NCBI GenBank assembly: GCA_016209605.1
Contig: JACQVS010000106.1
Span: forward strand, 74,274 to 138,273
Reading direction: 5' to 3'
Origin: Planctomycetota bacterium
GTDB lineage: Bacteria; Planctomycetota; UBA8108; JACQVS01
Length of the DNA: 64,000 bases
Part shown: positions 38,365-48,500 of the stretch, piece after piece
How the letters are laid out: each line of letters begins with the position of its first letter
Position numbering within the stretch: position 1 is the first letter of the stretch
The notes under the pieces: generated by a model
What the model saw: the letters and a program-made list of their open reading frames with translations, nothing else
Databases searched by the model: none
What the model was told of the DNA's origin: nothing
Translations under genes and position numbers: made by a program

Positions 38365-38949
38365 TTACTGCATGGTGAACGTGGTGAAGAAGATATTCAC
38401 CACTTTGGCCGACTTGCAGCGGTCGTTGAACATGTCGATGAGCTCGGTCTTCAAGCGGCGCTTTCCCTCGACCGTGAGCAGCTCTTGAAACTTGAAGGAG
38501 CTGATGATTTCAATCAGCCCATCTTTGAAGGCGGGAAGCCGCTCGGTGATCTCCTTGAGGCGCGGATCGACTTTGTTGCTCTCCTTGCCGCTGCCATGGC
38601 CGCCCCCGTGGCCGCCGCCGTTCTCCGAGTTCTCCTCCGCGAGCTTGGCGTTCGGATCAGAGAAGACTTCGATTTCCAGCTGGATGGAGGTTCTGAGATA
38701 ACGGTCGGCATCGACCAGATTCACCGTGAAATCCCCTAGCGGATACATCAACTTCTCGGTGGCGTGGACTTCTTCTTTCACCTGCTCTTCATGGCTTTCG
38801 CTCGAGGCGTTGCGAACCAGGAGCAGTGTCGTTCCTCCGGCCACCATTCCGGCCACCACCGTGCAGAAGCTTGCAAGAATAAGCGGCTTGCTAAAGAGTT
38901 TTAACAGTCCTTTTATGATTCCTTTCATGATTCCTTTCATGATCATCAC
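38365..38949 (-). CDS. fliL: Flagellar basal body-associated protein FliL
   Basis: N-terminal TM then the FliL domain (YPLGDFTVNLVDADRYLRTSIQLEIEV...FKDGLIEIISSFKFQELLTVEGKRRLKTELIDMFN). ATGA overlap with motB. Confidence 0.85.
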   Translation of the reverse strand: MMIMKGIMKGIIKGLLKLFSKPLILASFCTVVAGMVAGGTTLLLVRNASSESHEEQVKEEVHATEKLMYPLGDFTVNLVDADRYLRTSIQLEIEVFSDPNAKLAEENSENGGGHGGGHGSGKESNKVDPRLKEITERLPAFKDGLIEIISSFKFQELLTVEGKRRLKTELIDMFNDRCKSAKVVNIFFTTFTMQ

Positions 38950-39740
38950 CTGTTCGATTCCTGTACTTTGGCTTCCCGTTTTTGCTCGACGCTTTTCAAC
39001 AAAACGATATCCGTGCGATTGTTGACCCGCCGGTCAGCGTCGTTCGAGTTCGACACCAGGGGGCGATGTTCCCCATATCCGGCGACTGAAATCCGCTTCA
39101 CCTCGACCCCGCCCATTTCGATGAAAAAGCGGGCCACCGCTCCGGCCCGGGCGGCCGAAAGCTCCCAGTTCGAGGGGAAGAACACATTGCTCACCGGGAC
39201 ATTGCTGGTATGCCCTTCAATGCGGACCGGATTCGCAATGGTTGCTATGATCCTGGCGATATCGCGCAGGACGGTCTGAGCCTGTCCCTTGATGTCGGCG
39301 CTCCCCGGAGCAAACAAGAAATCATCGTTGAATATCGACACCGTCAAACCCCGCTCATCGCCGTGAACCCAGATCTGGCCGGACAGTTTCAGCTTCTCGA
39401 GGTACTTTTCAATGTTGTCCTCGATGTTGACCAGCTCGGGAGGGCTGGTCCCGGTCGCCTCCTTGGAATTGACAGAGACGTTGTTCACATTACCGGACTC
39501 AAACACCGCCGTCCCCCCCGTATGGAACTTGCCGGCCGCGCCCAGGCCAAAAACTTCCCGGAAGGTGCTCGACATCTGCCGGAACTTCTCCACATCCAGG
39601 ATGCTGATGGAGTATAGCATGATGAAGAAGGCCATGAGCAAGGTGATCATGTCGGCGTAGGTCAGCAGCCAGCGCAAACCGCCGGCGCCGTCATGGCCGC
39701 CGCCGCCGTGGCTGCCTCCTCCTTTGTTCTTCTTGCCCAT
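38946..39740 (-). CDS. motB: Flagellar stator protein MotB
   Basis: WLLTYADMITLLMAFFIML (plug/TM with the conserved Asp) and a C-terminal OmpA-like domain (VRIEGHTSNVP...NWELSAARAGAVARFF...GYGEHRPL..N....R..NRR). Confidence 0.9.
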   Translation of the reverse strand: MGKKNKGGGSHGGGGHDGAGGLRWLLTYADMITLLMAFFIMLYSISILDVEKFRQMSSTFREVFGLGAAGKFHTGGTAVFESGNVNNVSVNSKEATGTSPPELVNIEDNIEKYLEKLKLSGQIWVHGDERGLTVSIFNDDFLFAPGSADIKGQAQTVLRDIARIIATIANPVRIEGHTSNVPVSNVFFPSNWELSAARAGAVARFFIEMGGVEVKRISVAGYGEHRPLVSNSNDADRRVNNRTDIVLLKSVEQKREAKVQESNR

Positions 39741-39777
39741 GGATCCAGCCTCTTGAATTCCTTATTTTGGTCGCAAA

Positions 39778-40623
39778 TCAGGCCTTGACCGGGGCTCCGT
39801 CTGGAGCTTCGGCTGGGACTCCGGCCGGGGCTCCGGCCGGAGCCTTCGCCTCGCTCTCTGACTTCTTCAAGTGATTGCGCTCTTTCTCCGAGAGGTAAAC
39901 CGACAGTTTTTCGCCGACCAGGCGCGGCGTATCACCGCCGCCGATGGCCATGAGCCCTTCCAGGCTCATCTCGTAAAGCTTTCTGTACTCCTCCACTTGC
40001 ACCTTCAACTTGCCTCCGATGGGGAGATAAACCAGATTGGCCACCCCCACTCCGTAAAGCGTTGCCATGAACGCTGAGCCGATGGCTGCAGCCATGGTTT
40101 TGGGATCGGACTGCCCGAGCGCGTGGATAAGCCCGAGCACCGTACCGATGATCCCCAGGGTCGGAGCGTTTCCTCCCAGGCTGGTGAAAATCGCCTCTCC
40201 CTGCCTCTGTTCATGCTCCCAGATGCCGATTTCCGTCTCCAGGAGCTCGCGTACAACCTCTGCCTTTTCGCCGTCAATCATCAGCATCAGGCCTTTTTTG
40301 ATCAGCCAGTCCTTCTCCTCCTTGACCTCCGCTTCCAGCGCCAGCATGCCTTCACGCCTCGCCTTGCCGGCAAGCTGAACCAGCCGCTGGGCTCGATGGC
40401 CGAAGCCGATGTGCCCGCCGAGAAGGGAGTTCAGGAAATACTTGGGCAACTTGAGCACGGTCGCTATGGGAAACGCCGCCATGGTCGCGCCGGTGGTCCC
40501 GAATCCGATCAAGATGATGCCCGGGAGGTTGAAGAGAGCGCCCAGATGAGTTCCCTCCAGCATGGCCGCTCCCAGGACCGCGGCAAATGCGCCGACGAGA
40601 CCGCCAATTGTCGCAAAATCCAT
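39778..40623 (-). CDS. motA: Flagellar stator protein MotA
   Basis: Four TMs. Conserved C-terminal channel region (GGNAPTLGIIGTVLGLIHAL...AFMATLYGVGVANLVYLPI). Confidence 0.9.
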   Translation of the reverse strand: MDFATIGGLVGAFAAVLGAAMLEGTHLGALFNLPGIILIGFGTTGATMAAFPIATVLKLPKYFLNSLLGGHIGFGHRAQRLVQLAGKARREGMLALEAEVKEEKDWLIKKGLMLMIDGEKAEVVRELLETEIGIWEHEQRQGEAIFTSLGGNAPTLGIIGTVLGLIHALGQSDPKTMAAAIGSAFMATLYGVGVANLVYLPIGGKLKVQVEEYRKLYEMSLEGLMAIGGGDTPRLVGEKLSVYLSEKERNHLKKSESEAKAPAGAPAGVPAEAPDGAPVKA

Positions 40624-40819
40624 GGCCGAAAATTCCCTCAGCTCCGACCAGCCATTGTTCCAATAATACTATCCATTCCAATGCTATCAAGCACTCCAAT
40701 ATTACGATGGCACGGCCCAGAACGTCCACCCGACCGGGCGCGATGGCCATGAGGCCACACCAGAAAAGCGACGAGTTCCGGAAAACGGTTTATTGCGGCG
40801 GCGAGCGGGAAAAACGCGT

Positions 40820-43800
40820 TTAAACCTTCTCCTTCTCGATCTCCTGGCTCTCATCCCGAGCCGCATCCTTGAGGTGCATGAAGGCCAGGGGCAGGAGGTT
40901 GGAAAAGAAATTGTAGTATACCAGATCTTCCGTCAGGCTGGCCTGCTGCGGAACCGGGTCGAGGATGTAGACCACGCCTTCATCCTGCAAACTCTGATAA
41001 GGGATGATCGCCAGGGAACGGTATCCCGCCTTGATCAGGTTGCCAAGATAGCCGACGCGCGAGTCCCGCACCAGGTCCGGAATGAACAGGGCGCTGCGGG
41101 TTTGCAGGGCGTTTTCAATCAGCTTGAGCGGGAAGAGCTGCGCCGACTGGTTGTCCTTGCGCTTGTCCAGATTCAAAGAAGCGCAAATCTGCAACCGTTT
41201 TTCCCGCCGGGCCAGGACGAAGGCCGCCTTGCCCTTCGAAGCGGTCAGGATGCGCTTCAGCATGAACTGCAGAAAGCTTTCCAGGCTTGCCGAGTTGCGC
41301 AGGGCCTGCATGAGCTCATTCATGTTTTCCAGAGTTCCGCCGACTGCTGGATGCTCGTGTGGGGCCCCCGCGCCCTGTCCGGTTGAACCCAACGCCAGGC
41401 GGTCGCCGACCAGCGGCGCCGGGGTGTGGCGGGCGATCGACTCCTTGGCCGCGGCACCTCCGCCCAGGTCGGGGACTTCCACGGCCGTGGCCAGCGAGTC
41501 CTTGAGCGCGAAGTGGATGCGGCGCTTCTGCCGGTAGCAATCGATGAACTCGGCGGGGATGCGCTCCAGGATCTCCCGCACCTCCTCCTCGGCCTTGCGG
41601 TACTCCTCCTTGGCTTGGTCGAGGCGCCGCGCTTTGACATGCAAATCGCCGATCTCCTGATGGATTTCCGCCAGCAGTTCAGGGTTTTCCGTCTTGGCGC
41701 AAATGGACAGGGCCTCGTTGAAGATGCCGATCAGCTTTTCAAGGTCCTTTTCGCCGGAGTCCCGCAGCACTCGCCCCTTCTCCATCAGGCAGCGAGCTTT
41801 CAAAGACTCGATGTCGAGCTCCACCGCATACCGGCAAGCCTCTTCGACCATGGAAGCCGCTTCCACATAGTTGCCCCGCAGGCGATGGATGGCGACGATT
41901 TCGAGGATCACCGTGCACAGCCCCCAGCGGTTGCCTTGCTTGGAGTAGGCGGTAAGCGCCCGGAACAAGTGGCTCTCGGCGCGGGAGTAGTCTTTCTTGT
42001 CGATCAGGATCCTGCCGAAGAGGATGTAGTTCTGGATATTGAGGAATCGCATCTTGTAGCCCCGGGAAAGCTGCAGGGAGTCGGCCACATGAGCCTCCGC
42101 CTGATCCAGCTTGCCAAGCTCGAAATAGAGCCAGGCGAGGTTGTGCAGGCCGACGGCTCGGCCGTAAGGATCGCCAATCTCCTCGCTGTTCTTCAAAGCC
42201 CGGCGGAAATGCTCCATGGCCTCGCTGTAATCCCCGCTGGCCATGAACGCGCGCCCCAGATTGTTCAGGCTGACGGAAATTTCAGGAATGTTCTCCAGGT
42301 TTTCCTGGATCTTCAAGCTGCGCTGGTGGAACTCCACCGCTTGCCGGAAGTTCCCCTTGTAGTAGTTGGCGCTGCCGATGGTCCGGAAGATCATGGCATG
42401 CTCCACTTTTTCAGTGGTGCCTTCGATGACGCGCAGGCCCTCAACCGAGATGGCCATGGCCTTCTCGTACTTCCCCATGCAGACGTAAACCCACCCAATG
42501 CAATTGAAGACGCGGATGCGCTCGTCGATGAGGTCCGGATCCTGGGAGTTGGCCAGATGGTCGCGCGCATCCTTGTAGCAGCGCAGCGCCGTGTCATAGT
42601 CCCCTTGAATTTCGAACACCTTTCCCTTGCTGCGGTAGTACCGGCTGATGGCCTCATTGGAAAGAGCATCCGGATTTTCGAAGTTGAGCAGGGCGTTGTA
42701 GCTTTGCTCCGCCATGTCGTACTTTCCCATGATGGTGCAAAGCTCGCCGATCTTCTCTTGAGTAGCCAGCCACAGGTCGGTCTTGGCCGCATCGCCTACG
42801 ATTTTTTCAACGATGTAGAGATAAAACTCGAGGGCCTTGTCATTGGCGTAGATCGCCTTCAGCCGGTCGCCCGCCTTCACGGCCAGCGACAGGGCCTGGT
42901 CGGTCAAGTCGCTGCGCTGGTAGTGGTATGCCAGGTCCTCCAGGATCTCCTCTTCGCGGCCGCGGTACAGATCGGCGAAGAACTCCCCCACCTCCCCATG
43001 GTACTTGCGGCGCTGCTCCTCCGGCAGGTCCGTGTAAAGGATTTCCCGCATCTTGGGCTGGTCGATCTGGAAGGTCAGCTTGCCCCCCTCGAAAACCTTG
43101 GTGATGAGGCCGGCCTCCTCGAGGTCCCGCAGGTGCGCCAGGATGGGGATGGAGACGAAACGCTTGAACTTCTGGAGCACCTTGGGGCTGATGGGGCGGT
43201 TGAGGACGCTCATCACGTCGAGAATTTCCTTCTTGACCGGCTCCAGCTTCTGGATGCGGCGGAGGAGCAGTTCCTCGAGATTGAGGGGGATCTCGACCCG
43301 GTTGTAGTTGGTGGTCTTGATCTGCCAGCCGTCATCGGTGTGCTTGAGGATCTCCTCGTCCTGGAGGGCCTTGAGAGTCTCCTGGATGAAGAGGGGATTG
43401 CCGCCGGTCTTCTCCTCCAGGCGGTCGAGGAACTGTGCCGGAATCTCGGTGAAGCCGAGCATGCTTTGGAGCAGCTCGACGATTTGCGACCGCTTCAAGC
43501 GCCGCAGCAGGACTTCCTGGCAGAAATTGAGCTCCTTGAACCGCGCCAGCACGTCTTTCAGTTCCTCCGAGACCTGCTCATCGATTCGCAAGCTCACCAC
43601 CACCATGACCTTCAAGGGTCCATCTTCCCGCGTGTGGCGGCCAATGCGATCTCCCAGGGCCATCAGCAACTCCACCGAGATCTCATCCGCCCAGTGGAGG
43701 TTGTTGATGAAGAGGACGTACGGTTTGATCGCCAGGACATCGAGGAGGAACTGGACAATTCGGTCGATGAAGAAATGCTTCTCCTTGTCCGGACGGTAGA

Positions 43801-45307
43801 CGGCGTCGCGCGAGGCCTGGTCGTCCAGGCCCCCCAGCTCCGGAAGCAGCTTCAACAGATCGCCCTGATACTTCTGGCAAAGCTCCGACTTGAGGCCGAG
43901 GCCGTAGACAATCTGGCGCAGGATCTCGATGAAAGGCTGGTAGGCGTTGGTGGTCCCCTCGTAGCAGTTGCCGGAATAGAGCTGGATATTGTTGAGCCGC
44001 AAGTAATGTTGGAACTCCTCGATCAGCCGGGATTTTCCGACCCCCATTTCGCCGCTCACCAGGACCATGAAGGGCGACTGGATTTTTTCGCTGTCCGGCG
44101 AGTCCGCGGCGGCATCGGGGCCGGCCGCGGCGCCGTCGGCCGGCTCATCCGCCTCCACAAAATCCAGGGCCCGACTGGAAGCCGGCTGGTTTGCAGCCTC
44201 GCCCGCCGGCGGCTTTTCCCCAGGCTTCTCTCCTGGCTTCTCGCCCGCCTTTTCCCCCGCCTTTTCGTCCGCGTTCGCCTTCAAGCGCTCCGGGCAGAAG
44301 ATCTGCTCGAACTGGCTGCGGAGGACGTGGATTTCCTTCTTGCGGCCCACCATGCGGTTCGAGTGGAGGTAGCTCATCTGCGTCTCCTTGGTCTCCACCT
44401 CGTAGTGGGTGCCGGAGTGCTTGCTGATGAACTGAATCACCTCCCGAGCGCTCTGAAACCTCTTCTCCGGATTCTCTTCGAGCAGCTTCAGCATCATCAC
44501 CCGGAGATACTCCGGATGCTTCTTCATGTGGAATTCGAACAGATCGGAGCGCTTGGCGGACTGCAAGGGATTCTGGTGCAGATCGTTTTCCTCGCACTGA
44601 TAGGGAAGAGCCCGGTTGGTGATTTGATAGAGCGTCACCCCCAGGGAGTAAAGGTCGGCGCGCTGGTCCGGGGTCTTGCCGCTGATGATCTCGGGGGCCA
44701 GGTAGTTGAGCGTGCCCTTGATGGCGAAGCTGAAGGAGCCGGTGATCTTCTCGGCCAGCCCGAAGTCGATCAGCTTGATGCTCGGCTTGGAGTAAACGGA
44801 TCGGTTCTTCTCCAGGAAGTCCTCATCGGTGTACTGGACCTTGGAGCCTTCCTTGAGGCCGAAGGTCTTGTGGCGCGTCACCAGGATGTTGTCCGGCTTG
44901 ATGTCGAAGTGGATGTACCCCCGCGAGTGGATGTACTCCAGCGCCCGGCAGGTCTGGACGATGATGTCGTTCAGCTCTTCGTAGTTGACGTACTCGGTGG
45001 CAGAGTAGAGGTCGATCCCCTTGATGAACTCCGAGACGATGAAGTAGTCGCCGGTGTTGCTGATCTTGCCGAAATTGTAGACCCGCGCCAGGTTCGGATG
45101 GCGCAGGCGAGTCAAGGCCTCGTACTCGCCCTTCGCCCAGACGTCCTGGTCATCGATGTTCTCCGAGATCAGAACCTTGAGCGCGACCTGGATGTTGTTC
45201 TCGACAATGTCCTCGCAGAGATAGACGCTCCCCATGGCGCCGGCACCCAGCTTGCGGACCACGCGGTAGCGGTTGTTGACAGTGTCGTTGGTTTTTAAAT
45301 CGAGCAT
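40820..45307 (-). CDS. 1495-aa Hanks-type Ser/Thr protein kinase - P-loop NTPase (STAND-like) - TPR array - C-terminal GAF
   Basis: Kinase: LGAGAMGSVYL, VALKVL, HFDIKPDNIL, DFGLA, APE. P-loop: VSGEMGVGKSRL. Many TPR units (...YYKGNFRQAVEFHQRSLKI...). The C-terminus is GAF-like (KAAFVLARREKRLQICASL...RSLAIIPY). Confidence 0.9.
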   Translation of the reverse strand: MLDLKTNDTVNNRYRVVRKLGAGAMGSVYLCEDIVENNIQVALKVLISENIDDQDVWAKGEYEALTRLRHPNLARVYNFGKISNTGDYFIVSEFIKGIDLYSATEYVNYEELNDIIVQTCRALEYIHSRGYIHFDIKPDNILVTRHKTFGLKEGSKVQYTDEDFLEKNRSVYSKPSIKLIDFGLAEKITGSFSFAIKGTLNYLAPEIISGKTPDQRADLYSLGVTLYQITNRALPYQCEENDLHQNPLQSAKRSDLFEFHMKKHPEYLRVMMLKLLEENPEKRFQSAREVIQFISKHSGTHYEVETKETQMSYLHSNRMVGRKKEIHVLRSQFEQIFCPERLKANADEKAGEKAGEKPGEKPGEKPPAGEAANQPASSRALDFVEADEPADGAAAGPDAAADSPDSEKIQSPFMVLVSGEMGVGKSRLIEEFQHYLRLNNIQLYSGNCYEGTTNAYQPFIEILRQIVYGLGLKSELCQKYQGDLLKLLPELGGLDDQASRDAVYRPDKEKHFFIDRIVQFLLDVLAIKPYVLFINNLHWADEISVELLMALGDRIGRHTREDGPLKVMVVVSLRIDEQVSEELKDVLARFKELNFCQEVLLRRLKRSQIVELLQSMLGFTEIPAQFLDRLEEKTGGNPLFIQETLKALQDEEILKHTDDGWQIKTTNYNRVEIPLNLEELLLRRIQKLEPVKKEILDVMSVLNRPISPKVLQKFKRFVSIPILAHLRDLEEAGLITKVFEGGKLTFQIDQPKMREILYTDLPEEQRRKYHGEVGEFFADLYRGREEEILEDLAYHYQRSDLTDQALSLAVKAGDRLKAIYANDKALEFYLYIVEKIVGDAAKTDLWLATQEKIGELCTIMGKYDMAEQSYNALLNFENPDALSNEAISRYYRSKGKVFEIQGDYDTALRCYKDARDHLANSQDPDLIDERIRVFNCIGWVYVCMGKYEKAMAISVEGLRVIEGTTEKVEHAMIFRTIGSANYYKGNFRQAVEFHQRSLKIQENLENIPEISVSLNNLGRAFMASGDYSEAMEHFRRALKNSEEIGDPYGRAVGLHNLAWLYFELGKLDQAEAHVADSLQLSRGYKMRFLNIQNYILFGRILIDKKDYSRAESHLFRALTAYSKQGNRWGLCTVILEIVAIHRLRGNYVEAASMVEEACRYAVELDIESLKARCLMEKGRVLRDSGEKDLEKLIGIFNEALSICAKTENPELLAEIHQEIGDLHVKARRLDQAKEEYRKAEEEVREILERIPAEFIDCYRQKRRIHFALKDSLATAVEVPDLGGGAAAKESIARHTPAPLVGDRLALGSTGQGAGAPHEHPAVGGTLENMNELMQALRNSASLESFLQFMLKRILTASKGKAAFVLARREKRLQICASLNLDKRKDNQSAQLFPLKLIENALQTRSALFIPDLVRDSRVGYLGNLIKAGYRSLAIIPYQSLQDEGVVYILDPVPQQASLTEDLVYYNFFSNLLPLAFMHLKDAARDESQEIEKEKV

Positions 45308-45497
45308 AAAGTAAGATCAGCCCGAGCGCTCTCGCTCGGAGATCCCCGAAGGAAGAAAAACATTTCGTCCCAAGAAGACTATATCGATGCGGATCTTGGA
45401 GCAAACCTGGGGGTGATAATGTTGAAGAAAACCGACAGGATGAGGCAGTCTTGAAAAGGATCCATGAACTGGACGCCCCAAAATAAGCTCGCCAGTC

Positions 45498-45535
45498 CCC
45501 GTGAAACAAGGCCACGAAGGCCTTGTTTCCACGGG
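45498..45535 (-). terminator. Stem-loop terminator candidate 8 nt downstream of the CotH-family gene
   Basis: cccgtgaaacaaggcc / ggccttgtttccacggg (16/17-bp stem with one bulge, 5-nt loop). On the sense strand a TTATTTTG run follows about 12 nt later. Confidence 0.5.
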
Positions 45536-45542
45536 TACCAAA

Positions 45543-48500
45543 TTAATTGGCACAAGGGGGATAATTGGCGCAGCCGAGGTCTTGTGGGGAGCCTGGCGAA
45601 TCGGGATCGGACCCGCAGGGCTCGCCCGGCGGACCGGGATCGGCCGGCGGCGTCCCCCCGAGGAACGTGAACTTCAAGATGGTGACGCCATCGGAGATGT
45701 CGAGGGCGCCATCATTATTGGCATCGGCGGCTTCCCTGCAGGCGGGGCCCGGATCGCCAAGAAAGAGATGCCGCAAGAGCACCACCGCATCGGTGACTTC
45801 CAGGGCGCCGCTCGAGTCCACATCCGCCCTATGGAAGAGGGGCGCTTCAACTCCTCCGGGCTGAGGCGGGATTTCAGGCCCGGAGATGGAATTGGGGCGG
45901 CCAGGGCTTCCCTGGCGAGCCGATGCCCCCCAGGACCCTGGCAAGCGGTTATCGCTCCGCGAGTCGATGAGCTCAAGGCTCGGCCCGCCCCCATCGGCCT
46001 CCTCTGGCCAGGGCGGATCATCCCCGTAAGCGACGCTGTCCATCAGCCGGCCGGCCTCATCCCACAAGGAGATGGTGTCGCCGCCGTTTGCAAGGAAAAA
46101 GGGCAGGTCCGTTCCGGCCACCTGGACGATGTTGTAATACTCGAAGACCGCCCGAGTGTTCCTCGAGAGAACGAGGAAGCCGTCAGGCTCAATGAGCGTT
46201 CCCTCTGGAAAAACATACTCCGCGGCGACGCTCGCGACCTTCAGCTTCCACCCGGAGAGATCCATGGTCCGGTGGAGGTTGTTCTTGAGCTCGATAAACT
46301 CGATGTCGTAGTACCGCGCCCGGTACATGATCTCGTTCACCACCACATCGCCCGGGACCGGAGGGCCGCTCTTCACATCCAACGCCAAGTACTCAAAGCC
46401 GTGGCGCCCGGGATCGGGCAGGAAGCCCTCGCGTCCTTTATCGTCGCGGGCGGAAAAGCAGTAAAAGAGCCGCGCCTCTTTGTGGAGAGGCGGGATGGCG
46501 ACCGCATAAAAATCGTGGATCCTGGAGTCGACCGCGGCCATATCCACGGCCGACTCCTCGCCGCCCTGAAGGAAGTGCAGCTTCACTGACACCAGGTTGC
46601 TGGGCCCGAGGTCATAAGTGCCATCGTAGCGGCTGCCGAGGGCGTTGGCGGTGAAGGTCAAGGCATCGCCGGGCCCGGCGGGCTGCGGCCCCACGGAGGC
46701 CTGGGAGAGAAGCGGCTCCCGGTCGAGGAACTCGGCCAGATATTTCCTCCGGCTGCTGACATAGACTTTGTCGAAGCGGGCATGGAAAGAAAAGCCCTTC
46801 CAGTTCCAGCTCGTGTCAAGCGCGTTCCACTTGTCGACGTCCATTTGCGCCTCCTCGCCATCGGTCTTCTGGATGCGGTCGATGACCGGCTGGATCTCCG
46901 TCTCCGTGAAGTAAGTGACCAGGGCTTCGGCCAGGGTGTCCTTGAGCTGGTCCCTGAACTCCGGAACGCCAAGGTAAGCGCTTCGCAGGGCGCTGACCAT
47001 GAACTCTTGAGGCTCCGGGTTGAGCGTCGAGCCATCGTAGGGGTGGAGGTTGTGGCCCTGGGCGGGCGGCGGCTTGCGGCGGCTGTAGCCCCACGTGATG
47101 TCCATGTCCCAGGGGAAGCGCACCCAGCGGTTGCCGTTGAGCTCATCCTGGTAGAAATAGTAGTTCTGCGAGGTGCTGTCCCAGTGGGTCGAAAGGATGA
47201 TGGCGGCGAGGTAGCGGCGGTAAAGCTCCAGATGGACGTTGTTTTCCAGGAATCCCTTGGTGCCCGTGCCTCCGCCCTCCGAGAGCGAGACGATGTATTC
47301 CACCCGGTGCCACTCCCCGACCTGCCAGCGGAACTGGCCCGACTCGTTGATCCAGCGGATGCCGGCGTTGACGAGATGCAGCCCTTCGCTGCTCGAGTTC
47401 AAGTAACGCAAGGATGGGCAGAGGGTGCCGCTGAAGGCGTGGCCCGGCGGATCCCCCAAGAATAGCCCCGCTCCGGCCCAGTTGTCCCCGGTCTTCTGGC
47501 TGGTGATGCGGACATCGTAGGTGACGGTGATGGGCCGTTTGGAAAAATCGATGATGCCGGGCCGGGCAAGGCGGTGGTGAGAAGCTCTCAGAGGGGAGAC
47601 GAGGCGGATGGCGCCGCCGGCTTCCCAGGTCCCCTCGACTCCGGTCCAATCGTCAATGGCCTCCCCGTTTTCAACCAGCAGGTTGCAGGAATTGGGAGCG
47701 CTGCTTTGGTCGGCGATGCAGATCCCATCGAACTCCGCCAGGCAATTGTAAGCGATCAGGCCGATCGAGGCCCGCTTGGTGTTGAACTCGCTGAGCCCGA
47801 GCTGGGTGAAGGTCGGAAGAGCCGGCCGGACCCCGCCGTCCCGCTTCCAGATCCGGCCGGCGACCATCATCGTCCCCGGGGTGTCCGACGACGAGCCGGC
47901 CAGCCCTTCGACGAAGTTCCGGATGCTGGAGTAATCGGCGCGGTCGTTGCTTTGCTTCTCATAAGCGCTGGAGTAAGAGGGGACCGGGTAGTTGTGAGCG
48001 GAGGCCGTGCGGCCATGCTTGTAGAGGTCGCCGAGCCCGGTGAAGCCGTTTCGCTCCAAGAAAGTCTCATCGATCGCCTCCACCTCCACATGCCAGCCGA
48101 AAAAGCTGTCATTGACCATCAGGCGGATGAAGCGCGTTCTGGAGGAGGGAACGCCGGCGCGGTCGAAGGTCAGATAGCAAAGCTTGTCCTTCAAGCCGTT
48201 GTCGCCCCGCTGGTAGGGATCATCCCAGTGCATGTTCCCCTGAATGACCAGGACCTCGCGCCCCTGGTAGCGGTCCCAGTCGGGAAACTCCAGGCGCCAG
48301 GAGTACTTCAGCCGTCCGGCGTGCCGGCTGGCGAAGCCGCCGCGGTGGCGGATGGCCACCTTGCGGTGCACCCGGCCATCGAGGACGGCGAAACCTGGAA
48401 AGGCGTCATCGAAATGAGGGTAGCGCGGGTCTCCCGGGCTCCGGATCTGGGCATTGTCATCGAGGATCTTGAGTTTTTCCGGGGAAAGGAAGATCAAGAT

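Noticed and set aside
38900-38945. Tandem 12-nt DNA repeat (atgattcctttc x2) at the 5' end of fliL, giving MKGIMKGIIKG.
   Set aside because: A trivial short duplication within the N-terminal cytoplasmic tail. There is no evidence of function beyond possible start-site ambiguity.
41426-45298. 1290-aa plus-strand ORF antisense to the Ser/Thr kinase gene. Similar long antisense ORFs occur at 15861-18407, 50705-53089, 53154-54527, 27573-29252, 36859-38193 and 12689-14146.
   Set aside because: These are shadow ORFs typical of high-GC DNA. Their translations are low-complexity and rich in R/G/A/P/L/D/E/V/H with no recognisable motifs, while the opposite strand encodes proteins with clear conserved domains.
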